Assembly (NCBI GenBank): GCA_963849325.1
Contig: CAWKHF010000006.1
Location: 736,001 to 800,000 of the forward strand
DNA: 64,000 nt
From: an uncultured Planctomycetota bacterium
Lineage (GTDB): Bacteria > Planctomycetota > Planctomycetia > Gemmatales > Gemmataceae
Direction: 5' to 3'
A program made the position numbers and the translations under genes. The first letter of the stretch is position 1. Every line of letters starts with the position of its first letter. Shown in pieces: positions 43,001 to 53,021 of the stretch. The notes under the pieces are model-generated. The model was not told the origin of the DNA. It saw nothing but the letters and a program-made list of their open reading frames with translations, and searched no databases.

Positions 43001-44613
43001 TACTGCACGGTCACGGTCTGACTGGAGGCGGTGTTGAGGGTCACGTCCACGCCCACACTGCCATCGGTTTCGCCGACGTTGGTGGTGGGGCTGGCGAACT
43101 GGACCGTCATCGGCGTAACGCTGGCCGTGCCCGTGACCGTCGTTTGGCTGCCGCCCGCATCGGTGATGGCCGCGCTGATGGGGTAAGAGCCGACGGCGGC
43201 GTAGGTGTGATTGCCATAGATGTTGAAGAGGCTATCGTTGCCGTAGGGATCGTAGCCGCCCGAGAGGGTGCCCGGCGAAGTCTGTCCGTCGCCCCAGTTG
43301 ATCTGGACGGTGTAATCGCTGGCGGTGGCGAGGGGGTTGGCATCATCGAAGTAGCCGACCGGCCCGCTGTAGGGCAGGCCGGCGTACATCGAGAAGGTCT
43401 CGCCGGACTGCGGTGTCAGGACGGCGTTGCTGACGACGGCCGTGTCCGAGGCGGTGAAGATGCCGCCGGGTCCGCTGACGCTGACGGAGATGGGGTAGGT
43501 GCCTTCGTCGTCATAGGTCATGCTGTCAAACACAGAAATGGAATTGGTGGTGACCGTGGGATAGTCGGTCGTGGTTTGGCCGTTGCCCCAAGTGACGGTG
43601 GCGGTGTACTGGTCGTTGGGATTGCCGTCGGGATTGCCGAAAGAGGCCAGCGGCACGTCATAGTTGTAGGCCCCTTCGACGAAGTTGAAGGACGGCGACG
43701 GGTCGTCGGCCGGCGTCATGTCGTTGCCGGCGGGTCTGTCGGCGGTGGCAGCCGGCTGGTTCGGGCTGGCCATCGCATGAGGGGCGATCATCGTGGTCAG
43801 GGGAGCGGCGGGCGCTCCGTTCGGGACGGCCGCCGTCAGCGCCGGACCATTGAAGGCGCCGCGGATGCCCAGGGCGGTCAACTCGTTGGCGGCGCCGTTG
43901 CCTCCGCCTCCGCCGCCTCCACCACCGCCGCCCCCCAGCGAGCCGCCCGTCGAGGTGCCGCCCACCCCCGTGCCCATGCCGGTCAGGCTGTTCGCTCCAC
44001 CGGCAGCCGGCCCGTTCTTGGTCGGCGTGTCGGCGGAGTGATACTTGGGCTGCGCGCCGTTCGTCAACGCTGGATCGACCAGCGGATCCGCCGGGGCATG
44101 AGTCGCGGCAGCCCGCGCATCGAGACCGGAAGCATTCGTCTTGCCCACGTCGGAGGATGACGGCGGCTCGGCCGGCGCAAGTGTGTCCGTCTGAGCCAGG
44201 TAGCGGCTGGCGTCCACCGAGGAGGAGGGATGCGCTGCTGCGTGGAGGAAGAGGGCATCGGTCAGGGCGGCGTCTGGGTCGGCCGGCGTCCGACCGGCGC
44301 TCTCCGTCGTCGTGGCGGAATGGTCGTCCGCCGCCGGCGTGGGATGCGAGGGAGCGGTCCGAGCCGTATCGGCGACCTGAACCAGAGCGGTCTGGGCCAG
44401 TAACCCCTCCACGCCCATATTGGTCGGTGATTCGATCTCTTCCAACCGCTCCAGACAGAGGGCAGAGGAACGCGGGCGGCGGAGGCGCGGCAGCACTTCC
44501 CGGCCGCGCAGGACACGTGCGGGTTTGAGCCAAGCGAGCAAACTCTTCCAAGTCGTCGAGAGCCAAGCAGGCGGACAAACCTTGATGCGGAGAGGACGCT
44601 TCCACCGCAGCAT
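37089..44613 (-). CDS. Giant (~2500 aa) exported Ig-repeat protein: leader, low-complexity linker, 2 PKD-like, Calx-beta, 12 He_PIG, 4 PKD-like, variable C-terminal domain; frameshift near 41605
   Basis: ORFs 41311-44613 and 37089-41573 join as ...KLALSA(P)ADQESQEGTAVSLQL; Calx-beta DGSALAGTDYQPVSGTLTFDPG; repeated GLPxGL and WGDG motifs. Confidence 0.88.
38352..42379. repeat. 4.0-kb direct repeat, copy A
   Basis: Colinear with 31576-35603. Confidence 0.92.
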
Positions 44614-44900
44614 GGGTGCGAATCCTTTGCAGACAAGCGAGTCGCGTCAACGGATGCGAGTAGGAGAACTCTTTGTTCCAGAATTCGTCCTATTGTAGCA
44701 GCCCGTGGATCGAGACGTAACGAAAAAAGTTAAAAAAAAGTAAGATTGTGAGGTCGCGTGCCGAAGTTGGTTCGGAGTGTAACCGATCCGGGCCCGCCTT
44801 GACGCCCAGTCGCAAAGCATCTACCATCGGCCGACCTCGGTGCCGGTAGACATCGAGATGCCGGAAGCATCGTTTCCTTCATCGAGAAGCGGGGTCGCTC

Positions 44901-46673
44901 ATGGAAGGGCAAAGATTGAGCGAATCGACGCAAGGGACGGAAACCACCTCTGCTCCGGCGGCCGGCGCGGCCTGGGCGAACCTGCGCCGCCTGGCGCTGC
45001 TGGTCCTCCTGGTCGTCGGGATACGGGCCTGGCAGATCAGCCACACCGAGGTCATCTCGCGCGACAGCATCAGTTACATCCGCATCGCCTGGCAGCTGGA
45101 GCATGGCGACTGGCGGCAAGTCCTGCCGCAATCGCCGCAGCACCCGGCGTATCCGTTGGCCGTCCTCGGCCTGTCGCGGATGGTGCATCCCTTCCTCCCC
45201 GAGAACCTGCCGGGAGCGTGGCAGCTCAGCGCCCAGCTCGCCAGCGCCCTGGCCAGCGTCCTGCTCGTCGTGCCGATGTTCTTCCTCGGACGCGAACTGT
45301 TCGACCGCCGCGCCGCCTTCTGGGCGTGCGTGCTGTTTCAGTGCCTGCCCACCAGCGGCAAGGTCATGGCCGATGGCCTCTCCGACACGCTCTTTCTGTT
45401 GTTCGCCTGCTGGGGCCTGTGGCTGGCGTGTGTCGCCCTGCGGCGCAGGTCGTCGGTCGTCTTCGCGCTGACGGGCCTGGCCGGCGGACTGGCCTACCTG
45501 ACGCGGCCGGAGGGGGCGCTGGTCCTCGGCGCTACTGGACTGGTGCTGCTCGCCCTGCAAGTCCGTCGCCAACGGCGCCGCCCGTGGCGGAGCGTCCTGG
45601 CCAACGGGGCCGCTCTGTCGGTGCCGGCGTTGGCCGTGATGGTGCCGTACATGGTCCTCATCGGCGGCATCACCGTGAAGAACACGCCCAACATCATGAT
45701 CGACAAGCCGCGGCCGGACGCCGACTGGGAAGGCCGGCTGCGTCCTCATGCGTCGAAAGACAAGGCGCTGCGGTCGCACGGCACGGCGGCCGGCTCGACG
45801 CTGCTGGCCATCTGGTGGGGCCCCGGCGATGCCGATTTTGAGAGTACCCTGAAACAGATCAAGGATCCGCGGGACTTGCCGAATGCCCAGCCGCCTTCGC
45901 ATTATCTGTGGGCGTTCAAGGCCCTTTACCTGGAGTTGTCCAAGGGGTTCTTCTACACGGCTTGGCTGCCGGCGCTGCTGGGACTGTGGTGGTTCCGCGA
46001 TCGCTTTCGGTTGCCCGGGACCTGGGTCCTGCTGCTGGTTTGCCTGCTCCTCGTCGCCTTGCTCTACCGCGTCGCCGAGAAGATGGGATACCTGTCCGAC
46101 CGCCATCTGCTCCTGGTCATCCTGTGCGGCTCGTACTGGGCCGCGGCGGCGACGGCTGCTCTCGGCGTCAAGCTGGCGCAGGGAGCGGCTCGCCTCCGGC
46201 CGACCCTGGCCGGCACACGATGGACGGATGGGCGGCTCTGGTCGCTGGGACTTCTGTTACTTTTGACCCTCGCCCCGCTACCGCGGACACTGCAACGACT
46301 GCACGCCGAACGAGCCGGCTTCCGATCCGTGGGTCAATGGCTGGCCGAGAACACCTGTCCCGGCGACTTCATTGAGGATCCCTTTTGCTGGAGCTATTAC
46401 TATGCCGGCCGTGTCTTCCTGGAGGGAGCGACCGGCCTTGCGGCCCAGCAACCGCCGTGTTTCTACGTGGTGCTGGAGCAGTCGAAGAACCGCCATCCGC
46501 ACCTGGTCTCCCTGTACATGGCGGTCGTCCACACGCTGCAACAGAAGGGATCGGAGATCATCCATCAGCGCGAAGTGCTGCGCGGCAAGGACAAGGTCCA
46601 AATCCTCGTGTGGAAGGTGCCGGGTCCGTATCAATGGGCGCCGCTACCGGCCCTGCCGAGTCAAAGTCGTTGA
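44901..46673 (+). CDS. GT-C fold membrane glycosyltransferase (family 39/PMT-like)
   Basis: ISRDSISYI, QHPAYP, many TM helices, GLSDTLF, LAYLTRPEG. Confidence 0.8.
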   Translation: MEGQRLSESTQGTETTSAPAAGAAWANLRRLALLVLLVVGIRAWQISHTEVISRDSISYIRIAWQLEHGDWRQVLPQSPQHPAYPLAVLGLSRMVHPFLPENLPGAWQLSAQLASALASVLLVVPMFFLGRELFDRRAAFWACVLFQCLPTSGKVMADGLSDTLFLLFACWGLWLACVALRRRSSVVFALTGLAGGLAYLTRPEGALVLGATGLVLLALQVRRQRRRPWRSVLANGAALSVPALAVMVPYMVLIGGITVKNTPNIMIDKPRPDADWEGRLRPHASKDKALRSHGTAAGSTLLAIWWGPGDADFESTLKQIKDPRDLPNAQPPSHYLWAFKALYLELSKGFFYTAWLPALLGLWWFRDRFRLPGTWVLLLVCLLLVALLYRVAEKMGYLSDRHLLLVILCGSYWAAAATAALGVKLAQGAARLRPTLAGTRWTDGRLWSLGLLLLLTLAPLPRTLQRLHAERAGFRSVGQWLAENTCPGDFIEDPFCWSYYYAGRVFLEGATGLAAQQPPCFYVVLEQSKNRHPHLVSLYMAVVHTLQQKGSEIIHQREVLRGKDKVQILVWKVPGPYQWAPLPALPSQSR

Positions 46674-46751
46674 TCGGCGACGGTTGCCATTCGGTGCATC
46701 GACAATCTCATTCGGTTCCGGGAAGCCCTTCGCCGTCGTGTTCTTCCGGCG

Positions 46752-47081
46752 TTATTCACTCAACGCCTCAACCAGCGCCCTCAATTTTTTCATGCCGCCG
46801 ACCTCGTTGGCCCAGGATTTGATCTTCAAGATCGTGGACAACGCATCGGCATTGCCGGTGCCGGTGGATGCGGCGAACTTGGCGACCATCTTTCGGGCCT
46901 TGTTCCGGTGAGCCTGCCTGCCCAGCATTTTTCCCTTCACGAGATAGTACAGCTTCTCACTCACCTTGATGCCTTTGGCTCCCAAGGTGGAACAGACCTC
47001 TTTGGCAGTGATCTTCGGGTTCGCCTTCAGCAGTTGCCGGATTTCTTCACTCTTGTTGACGCCGTTTTTCTGCTTGGCCAT
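46752..47081 (-). CDS. Small Lys-rich hypothetical protein, possibly DNA-binding
   Basis: MAKQKNGVNKSEEIRQLLKANPKITAKEV...EVGGMKKLRALVEAL. Confidence 0.7.
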   Translation of the reverse strand: MAKQKNGVNKSEEIRQLLKANPKITAKEVCSTLGAKGIKVSEKLYYLVKGKMLGRQAHRNKARKMVAKFAASTGTGNADALSTILKIKSWANEVGGMKKLRALVEALSE

Positions 47082-47195
47082 GAAACGCACTCCCGTAAAG
47101 GTAAAAGAATCCTCTCTGTGCAGTTTGTAGGATTGTTCTTGGTGTAGTCAACAGCCGAACTGGGGAAACCCTTCCCTCCGGAAAGTAGCGGATGT

Positions 47196-47549
47196 TCAGA
47201 GCATTTCCCTGAAACGAATGCGTCGAAACTCAAAGCGGCCATATTCGGACTGAAGCCCCATCGCGCCGGTTGCCGGAACCTTCATGGGCTTGCCGATGAG
47301 TTCTCCATTGCACTTGCAGATGGCCTCGGTCCCCTTCACGGTAATTTCGATCTCGTTCCAGTCGCCCGGCTTGAACTTGTTGAGCTTCTTGAAAACGCCG
47401 GTCCGTCCACCCTCGGTCACGGCATCCAGTTGCAGTTGCGGCCCTCGAATGGAAATGCCGCTGTTGTTCTTGGGCTTGTCCGTGGTGGTGCGGAACTCCA
47501 GCCTGAACGGAAAGTCCTTGTTGTACTCCTTGGCGGTGTACAGGGCCAT
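47196..47549 (-). pseudogene. C-terminal fragment of a DUF1080 gene
   Basis: FRLEFR, NNSGISIRG, PGDWNEIEITVKG, GAMGLQSE...EFRRIR; N-terminal part and signal peptide absent. Confidence 0.65.
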
Positions 47550-47550
47550 G

Positions 47551-47697
47551 AAAGGAGTGGTCGGCCGTGAAGATTTTCGTCTGCGCTTTCGGCAGACACA
47601 AGCCAGGGCGGCGGAGCATGAGAACGGCGGTAGCTGCTGCCGCTTCGGTGCCTTTCTCGTTGACCTCCACAAACGCCTTGTGGACGACCTCGGAAAT
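47551..47697 (-). pseudogene. Serpin reactive-centre-loop fragment
   Basis: ISEVVHKAFVEVNEKGTEAAAATAV...FTADHSF. Confidence 0.75.
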
Positions 47698-47832
47698 CTG
47701 GCGCTGCCGATGAGGGAGGTCAGAAGGAGCCACGGAGAGAACAGAGAACCGAGACCCTTGCCTATCCTCCCCGCTGCGGCGACAATGCCGGCAGTTCTCG
47801 CCCCGGACCTTCACGCATAAGGAGAACCCGCC

Positions 47833-48426
47833 ATGCGTCCGCTCGCACGTCTCTTCCTCGCTGGCCCGATCGTGGCCCTGGTGTCCCTCGCCAGTCCGTT
47901 TCCGCTCGCCGCCCGCGACGACACGCCGAAAGTCCAGGTCGGACAGCCGGCCCCGCCCATCGAGCTGCCCGCCACCCAAATTCAGAAGTATTTCCCGGAG
48001 GCCAAGGACAAGAAGACGCTCAAGCTCGCCGACTTCTCAAGAGGTATAAATGCAAAGAACGTCGTCCTCTTCTTCTATCCCAAGGCCATGACCCCCGGCT
48101 GCACGCGCGAATCCTGCAAGTTCCGCGATCTGAACAAGGAGTTCGCCAAGCTCGACACCGTGGTCCTCGGCATCAGCACCGACAAGCTGGAGGCGCAAAA
48201 ACAGTTCACGGAGAAGGAAAGTCTCAATTTCCCGCTGTTCGCCGACGCCGACAAGAAGATCGCCAAGGCCTACGGCGTCCTCAACTCGGAACGCGGCTTC
48301 GCCAAGCGGGCCACCTTCGTCATCGACAAGAAGGGCATCGTCCGCAAGATTTATCCGGCGGCCAACGCGGACAAGAACCCCGAGGAGGTGCTGACCTGGA
48401 TCAAGGAAAACCTCAAGGAGAAATGA
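47833..48426 (+). CDS. bcp: Exported peroxiredoxin (BCP/PrxQ)
   Basis: Signal peptide; VVLFFYPKAMTPGCTRESC, VLGISTD, RATFVIDK. Confidence 0.9.
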   Translation: MRPLARLFLAGPIVALVSLASPFPLAARDDTPKVQVGQPAPPIELPATQIQKYFPEAKDKKTLKLADFSRGINAKNVVLFFYPKAMTPGCTRESCKFRDLNKEFAKLDTVVLGISTDKLEAQKQFTEKESLNFPLFADADKKIAKAYGVLNSERGFAKRATFVIDKKGIVRKIYPAANADKNPEEVLTWIKENLKEK

Positions 48427-48452
48427 GCAAGGCTTGAACGGCGACCGTTGAC

Positions 48453-48529
48453 TGTCCGAGCCTGAAGCGTAAGCGAAGAGACGGCAACCGAAGGTTGCCG
48501 TCTCTTCGCTTACGCTTCAGGCTCGGACA
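48453..48529. repeat. REP-like palindrome, family 2 (perfect 37-bp arms)
   Basis: tgtccgagcctgaagcgtaagcgaagagacggcaacc-gaa-ggttgccgtctcttcgcttacgcttcaggctcggaca, between convergent genes. Confidence 0.92.
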
Positions 48530-48536
48530 AGTCGGC

Positions 48537-50720
48537 TCAGAACGGCAGCGTCATATCGAACTGGAACACGGCCATCTCATACTCGAACTCGGCGAACATC
48601 AGGTTGGCGAAGGCGTTCAACCGTCCCGTCGGCGACGCGAAGGCGGACAGCGCGAAGACGTATTGCGACGTCAGCAGGTTGGTCAGGGCGTTCTCCATGG
48701 TGTTGAACTGCACGTTGACGGTGCTGGTATCGGCCTGATACATGGGAATGAGCGGCGGGATGGCCGGCTTGCCGGCCACGTTCACGCCCGTCTGCACCGT
48801 GACCGAGGCGCCGCCGACGTCCGTGATGACCACCCGCACGACAAAGCTGCCGCTGGTGGCGTAGCTGAACGGGTTGCTGCCGTAGACGCCGAAGGTGTTG
48901 TTGCCCAGCGCCACGATGGTGCCGGTGGAGCTGCCGAACGCTCCGCCCGCCTGCTCGAAGAAGACCGTCGCCGTGTAGTTGCTCGGACTTTCCGGCGTCG
49001 TATCGGTGTCCTGGAAGGTCGCCACCAGGGCGTTGGCCAGGAACGATCCCGTCGCGGAGGTAAGGGGAGGCTGCGGCGAGGCGACCAACGGTGCGTCGGC
49101 CACGTTGATCGGGCCGCTGACCGTGCGCGATTTGCCTTGCCCCGGCTGGGATACGTTGACGGTGAGCGTGTAATTGCCCTCTTCCGAGTAGGTGTGACTG
49201 CCCAGGACCGTGTAGTTTTCCCCTCCGGAATTCACGACCGTACCGGCGGAACTGCTGCCATCGCCCCAGTAGATGGTGGCCGCGTAAGTGCCCGTGGCGT
49301 TGCTCTGGCCGTGGAAGACCGCCACGGGCACGTTCGTCAAGGGCTGTCCTTCCGTGGCGTTGTGCAGCGTGATCGAGACGTTCAGGCCGATCAGGTCGGG
49401 GATGAGCAGGTTGGCGGCCGGACTGCCCAGCCCGGTGACTTCATCGTAGCCCGGACCAGCCGAGAAGGCGCCGTTGTTGCCCGTGGTGATGTCGTGGAAA
49501 TCGCCGGGGTTCGATTGATACAGTTCGTAGAGGTCGGGGAGGGTCTGGGTGGCGCCATCCAGGGTGGTTCCCCCATTCTGAACCAAACCCTCGTCGGCGA
49601 TGGAGATGAGGGCAGCCCAGCTGGGCGACGCCAGGCTCGTTCCGCCGATGATGTTCCAGGGCGTGGCGGCGCCGTTGGTGAAGGAGTCGTAAACCCACAC
49701 ACCGGTATTGGGATCGGCGAGGAAAGCGACGTCCGGGATCGTCCGCTTGCCGGTCTTCTGTACGCTCTCCTGGTAGGCCGGTTCGTTCTCGAACTGGCTG
49801 ATGCCGCCGCCGCTGCCGCCCAGCGTTGAACTCTGCGCACCGTTCCCCCAGCCCGTTTCGCTTTTGTAGGTGTTGTTGGGGTTGAGCGTCAGGGCCGTGC
49901 CGCCGACCGCGATGACATTGGGAGAGTAGGCCGGGTAGCCTCCGGGAGAGCCGTTATCGCCGGTCGAGGCCAGGAACGTCACGGGGTTGTGGCCAGGCGG
50001 TGTCTGGAACGTCGTATCACTACCTTGTTCCCCGGCGAATTCGTTGCCGCCAAAGCTCATGGACACCACGGACACGCCGGGGGTGCCGGCGGCGGTGGCG
50101 ACGGCCGCGTACAGATTGGCGTTGCTGGCGTCGTTGGCCTCGAAGAGGATGATGTTGGCTCCGGGGGCGAGAGAGTGCGCCCATTCCACATCCAGAGCCT
50201 CCTCCCCTTCCCAACCTTTGGCCGGATCGGGGCCGGGCAGCGCACCCGTGCCGGTCTGACCCAGCTTGAGGAAACTGGGCGGATCGGGCAGGCCGTACTG
50301 CACGTCAAATTGGTGCAGGTCGCTGGTGTTGAAGGCGGGGTTGGTGCTGTCGAGCAAGTTGGGATCGTCGTAGGCATCCACGAGGGCGATGGTCTGGCCG
50401 GCGCCGTCGCCGATAATGCCGAAGAGTTGGTCGATCCCGTAGGCCGTTTGCACCTGCTGGGGACTGAAGCCCACCGGCCCCGTCGGGGTCGGGAACTGAA
50501 AGGGCTGATTGCCCGACGGGTGATAGACCACGTAGTCCGGGGTAGCGACCGACGGATCCACGCTCGGCAGCGTCGCGCTCAGCAGGGTCCGGTCCTCCAG
50601 CGCTTCCAACCTCAGGCGCGGAGGGCGATAGGATCCGCGCCTTGGCCGGGGAAGCCGCCGGGGCTGTCGAGACGAGGGGAACGTCCGCTGGAGCCAATTT
50701 CGCCAGAAAAGAATAAACAT
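48537..50720 (-). CDS. Sedolisin-like S53 serine peptidase with LEPR-XLL leader and PKD-like domains
   Basis: RLRLEALEDRTLLS; EEALDVEW, STGDNG, PDVAFLADP, GGTSLASP, GYDEVTGLGSP. Confidence 0.9.
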   Translation of the reverse strand: MFILFWRNWLQRTFPSSRQPRRLPRPRRGSYRPPRLRLEALEDRTLLSATLPSVDPSVATPDYVVYHPSGNQPFQFPTPTGPVGFSPQQVQTAYGIDQLFGIIGDGAGQTIALVDAYDDPNLLDSTNPAFNTSDLHQFDVQYGLPDPPSFLKLGQTGTGALPGPDPAKGWEGEEALDVEWAHSLAPGANIILFEANDASNANLYAAVATAAGTPGVSVVSMSFGGNEFAGEQGSDTTFQTPPGHNPVTFLASTGDNGSPGGYPAYSPNVIAVGGTALTLNPNNTYKSETGWGNGAQSSTLGGSGGGISQFENEPAYQESVQKTGKRTIPDVAFLADPNTGVWVYDSFTNGAATPWNIIGGTSLASPSWAALISIADEGLVQNGGTTLDGATQTLPDLYELYQSNPGDFHDITTGNNGAFSAGPGYDEVTGLGSPAANLLIPDLIGLNVSITLHNATEGQPLTNVPVAVFHGQSNATGTYAATIYWGDGSSSAGTVVNSGGENYTVLGSHTYSEEGNYTLTVNVSQPGQGKSRTVSGPINVADAPLVASPQPPLTSATGSFLANALVATFQDTDTTPESPSNYTATVFFEQAGGAFGSSTGTIVALGNNTFGVYGSNPFSYATSGSFVVRVVITDVGGASVTVQTGVNVAGKPAIPPLIPMYQADTSTVNVQFNTMENALTNLLTSQYVFALSAFASPTGRLNAFANLMFAEFEYEMAVFQFDMTLPF

Positions 50721-51247
50721 AGGTGCAATCGCTTCGCTGCGGGGCCATCATCGGGTCGATGCGATGGGTGCGACGCCGCACTCGATCGGGATGCGCGATG
50801 GCCCGCGTCGGCCATCGGCGTCAAGTCTATCGCATGGGTGAGGGAACCGTATAGCAGAACAGAGAGACTTCCTGCTCACTCGGGGTCCGGAAGCGCTGCC
50901 CGGACGGAACAATCTACGCGGGTGCTATTCCCGGCAGAAAAAGCAGTGTGGTTCGCCCCTTCCTTCTCTCCGATGATGATGGAAGGTTTCGCGGAGGTTG
51001 TCAAGCAGTTCCTGGCGGAAAACAAGCCGTCGGCGCATTGAAGCGGGAGAATGAGTTGGCTGGGAAATTTGGGCAGATCGTGCGGCATGGAAGGACAGCA
51101 TGGGCGGAGCGCGTTTCAACGGTTTTCCCTGAACTTCGCCGTCTAGGGATTCCGATGGCTTTATGGAAGAGGGGAGTCCGCCTCGCCGCGAGGCCGCACC
51201 GATGACGTCCGAGGCGATGGATCACGCCGGGCACAAGGCAGGTCGCG

Positions 51248-52448
51248 ATGAGAAGAAAATTTCTGACCGCCCTTCTGGCCGGACTGGCCCTGGCCGGCCC
51301 GGTCTGGGCGGACGAGGAGCCGGACAGCACCATGCGCGTCTGGCTGGACGCCGACTACTTGCTGTGGGCGATCAAGAACTTTCCCGTCTCGCAACCGCTC
51401 GTGACGACCGCCACGGGACTGGCCACCACGGCCAACGAGGGCGCCCTCGGCACTTCGACCACGCGGGTCCTCGCCGGCGACGACAACATCAACCAGGGGT
51501 TTTTCAGTGGCTACCGCTTCAGCGCCGGTTGGATCAACTTACCCGGCACCTTCGGCCTGGAGGGCAACTTCTTCAACCTGACGCAACATGCCACGGCGGA
51601 CAGCTTCGCCTCCGGCGCCACCGGCTCGCCGCTGCTGTCGCGGCCGCTCTTCGAACGTCCGCAGCCAGACGCAGACGGTGCAGTTGGTATCGGCCCCCAA
51701 CGCCTTCGCCGGTTCGGTCACGATCGGCACCTCCTCCGAGCTGTGGGGCGCCGACGTCAACGCCCTGTGGCCGGTGCTGCGCGGTGGCAGCGATGACGAT
51801 GTCGTTCGCTATTTCAGCTTGCTGGCGGGCGGCCGTTACCTCAACCTGCGCGAGGACCTGACCGTCGGCCAGTCCGGCAATGTCCTGGGCACCGGCATCG
51901 CCTTCTTCGACGGCCAACCCCTGACCGCCGGCGGCAGCCTGCTCATCACCGACGATTTCCACACGCTCAATCAGTTCTACGGCGGACAGGTTGGCGCCCA
52001 GGCCGGCCTGGTGTGGTGGCGCTTCACCCTCCGCGCCACCGGCAAGATCGCGCTGGGTTCGATGCGCGAAGAAGCGATCGTGTCCGGCAGTACGTCGGCG
52101 ACCAGTCCCTTGATCGGTTCGCAGACGGTCAACGGCGGCGTGCTCGCCGCGCCGAGCAACATCGGCACCTACGCGCGTGGCGTACTGGCCTTTCTGCCGG
52201 AGGGCAATCTGAATTGCAGCCTGGAGATCACGCCGCAGATCCGCTTGACGCTCGGCTACACGTTTCTGTACGTCAGCAATGTGGCCCGGCCCGGCGAGCT
52301 GATCGACCTCGGCGTCAATCGCACCAACTTGCCGTCGTCGCAGACGTTCAACCCCGCCGCTGGCGGCCCGCAGCGACCCGGCTTCTCCTTTCAGGGCACC
52401 GATTTCTGGGCCCAGGGCATCAACGCCGGCATCTGGCTGCGCTTCTAA
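51248..52448 (+). CDS. BBP7-like outer-membrane beta-barrel protein (frameshift near 51655)
   Basis: Signal peptide; WLDADYLLW, NQFYGGQVG, LGYTFLYVSNVARPG, FWAQGINAGIWLRF (terminal Phe). Confidence 0.85.
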
Positions 52449-52455
52449 TCCATAA

Positions 52456-52548
52456 TCTATCGAAATACTCGTTTAGCCGCGACGCGCAGCGGAGCGCGGG
52501 CTGCCCGCGCTCCGCTGCGCGTCGCGGCTAAACGAGTATTTCGATAGA
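52456..52548. repeat. Perfect 46-bp-arm palindrome (1-nt loop), family 3
   Basis: tctatcgaaatactcgtttagccgcgacgcgcagcggagcgcgggc-t-gcccgcgctccgctgcgcgtcgcggctaaacgagtatttcgataga. Confidence 0.93.
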
Positions 52549-52573
52549 ACAAGATAACCGCTAAAATAGCGGC

Positions 52574-52999
52574 ATGGACAACTACGATCCGCGTTACCTG
52601 GCCGGCATTCGCTTCTTCAACGAGCAGGACTTTTTTGAGGCCCACGAAGTCTGGGAAGACCTGTGGTCCGAGAGCCACGGCGCCGAGCGTCGCTTCTACC
52701 AGGGCTTGATCCAGGCGGCCGTCGGTCTGTTCCATTTCGGCGGCGGCAACCTCGGCGGGGCGGTGAAGTTATACCGATCCAGCTACGACTACATGAAAGG
52801 CTGCGGATCGCCGTTTCTCGGTCTGGACGTCGAGGACTTCTGGCGGCAGATGGGACAGTGTTTCGAGCCGCTGTTGAGCACATCCGCGCCGGATCGGGAC
52901 CTGCGACCGGCGCCGGAGCGGATGCCGGTCCTCACGCTCGACCCGCCGCCGTCGGCCTGGCCGGACCCCGCGGATTATGTCCACGACGACGACGAATGA
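52574..52999 (+). CDS. DUF309 protein
   Basis: FNEQDFFEAHEVWEDLW, FYQGLIQAAV. Confidence 0.9.
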   Translation: MDNYDPRYLAGIRFFNEQDFFEAHEVWEDLWSESHGAERRFYQGLIQAAVGLFHFGGGNLGGAVKLYRSSYDYMKGCGSPFLGLDVEDFWRQMGQCFEPLLSTSAPDRDLRPAPERMPVLTLDPPPSAWPDPADYVHDDDE

Positions 53000-53021
53000 C
53001 GATGCGCAAAGGCGGCCCTCC

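Noticed and set aside
28183-44900. Prophage or integrative island
   Set aside because: No integrase, tRNA, att-like repeats or phage genes were recognised.
50721-51247. Possible riboswitch or ncRNA in the long divergent intergenic region (also 6345-6637)
   Set aside because: Only short hairpins seen and no family consensus recognised by eye; an Rfam/Infernal scan would be needed.
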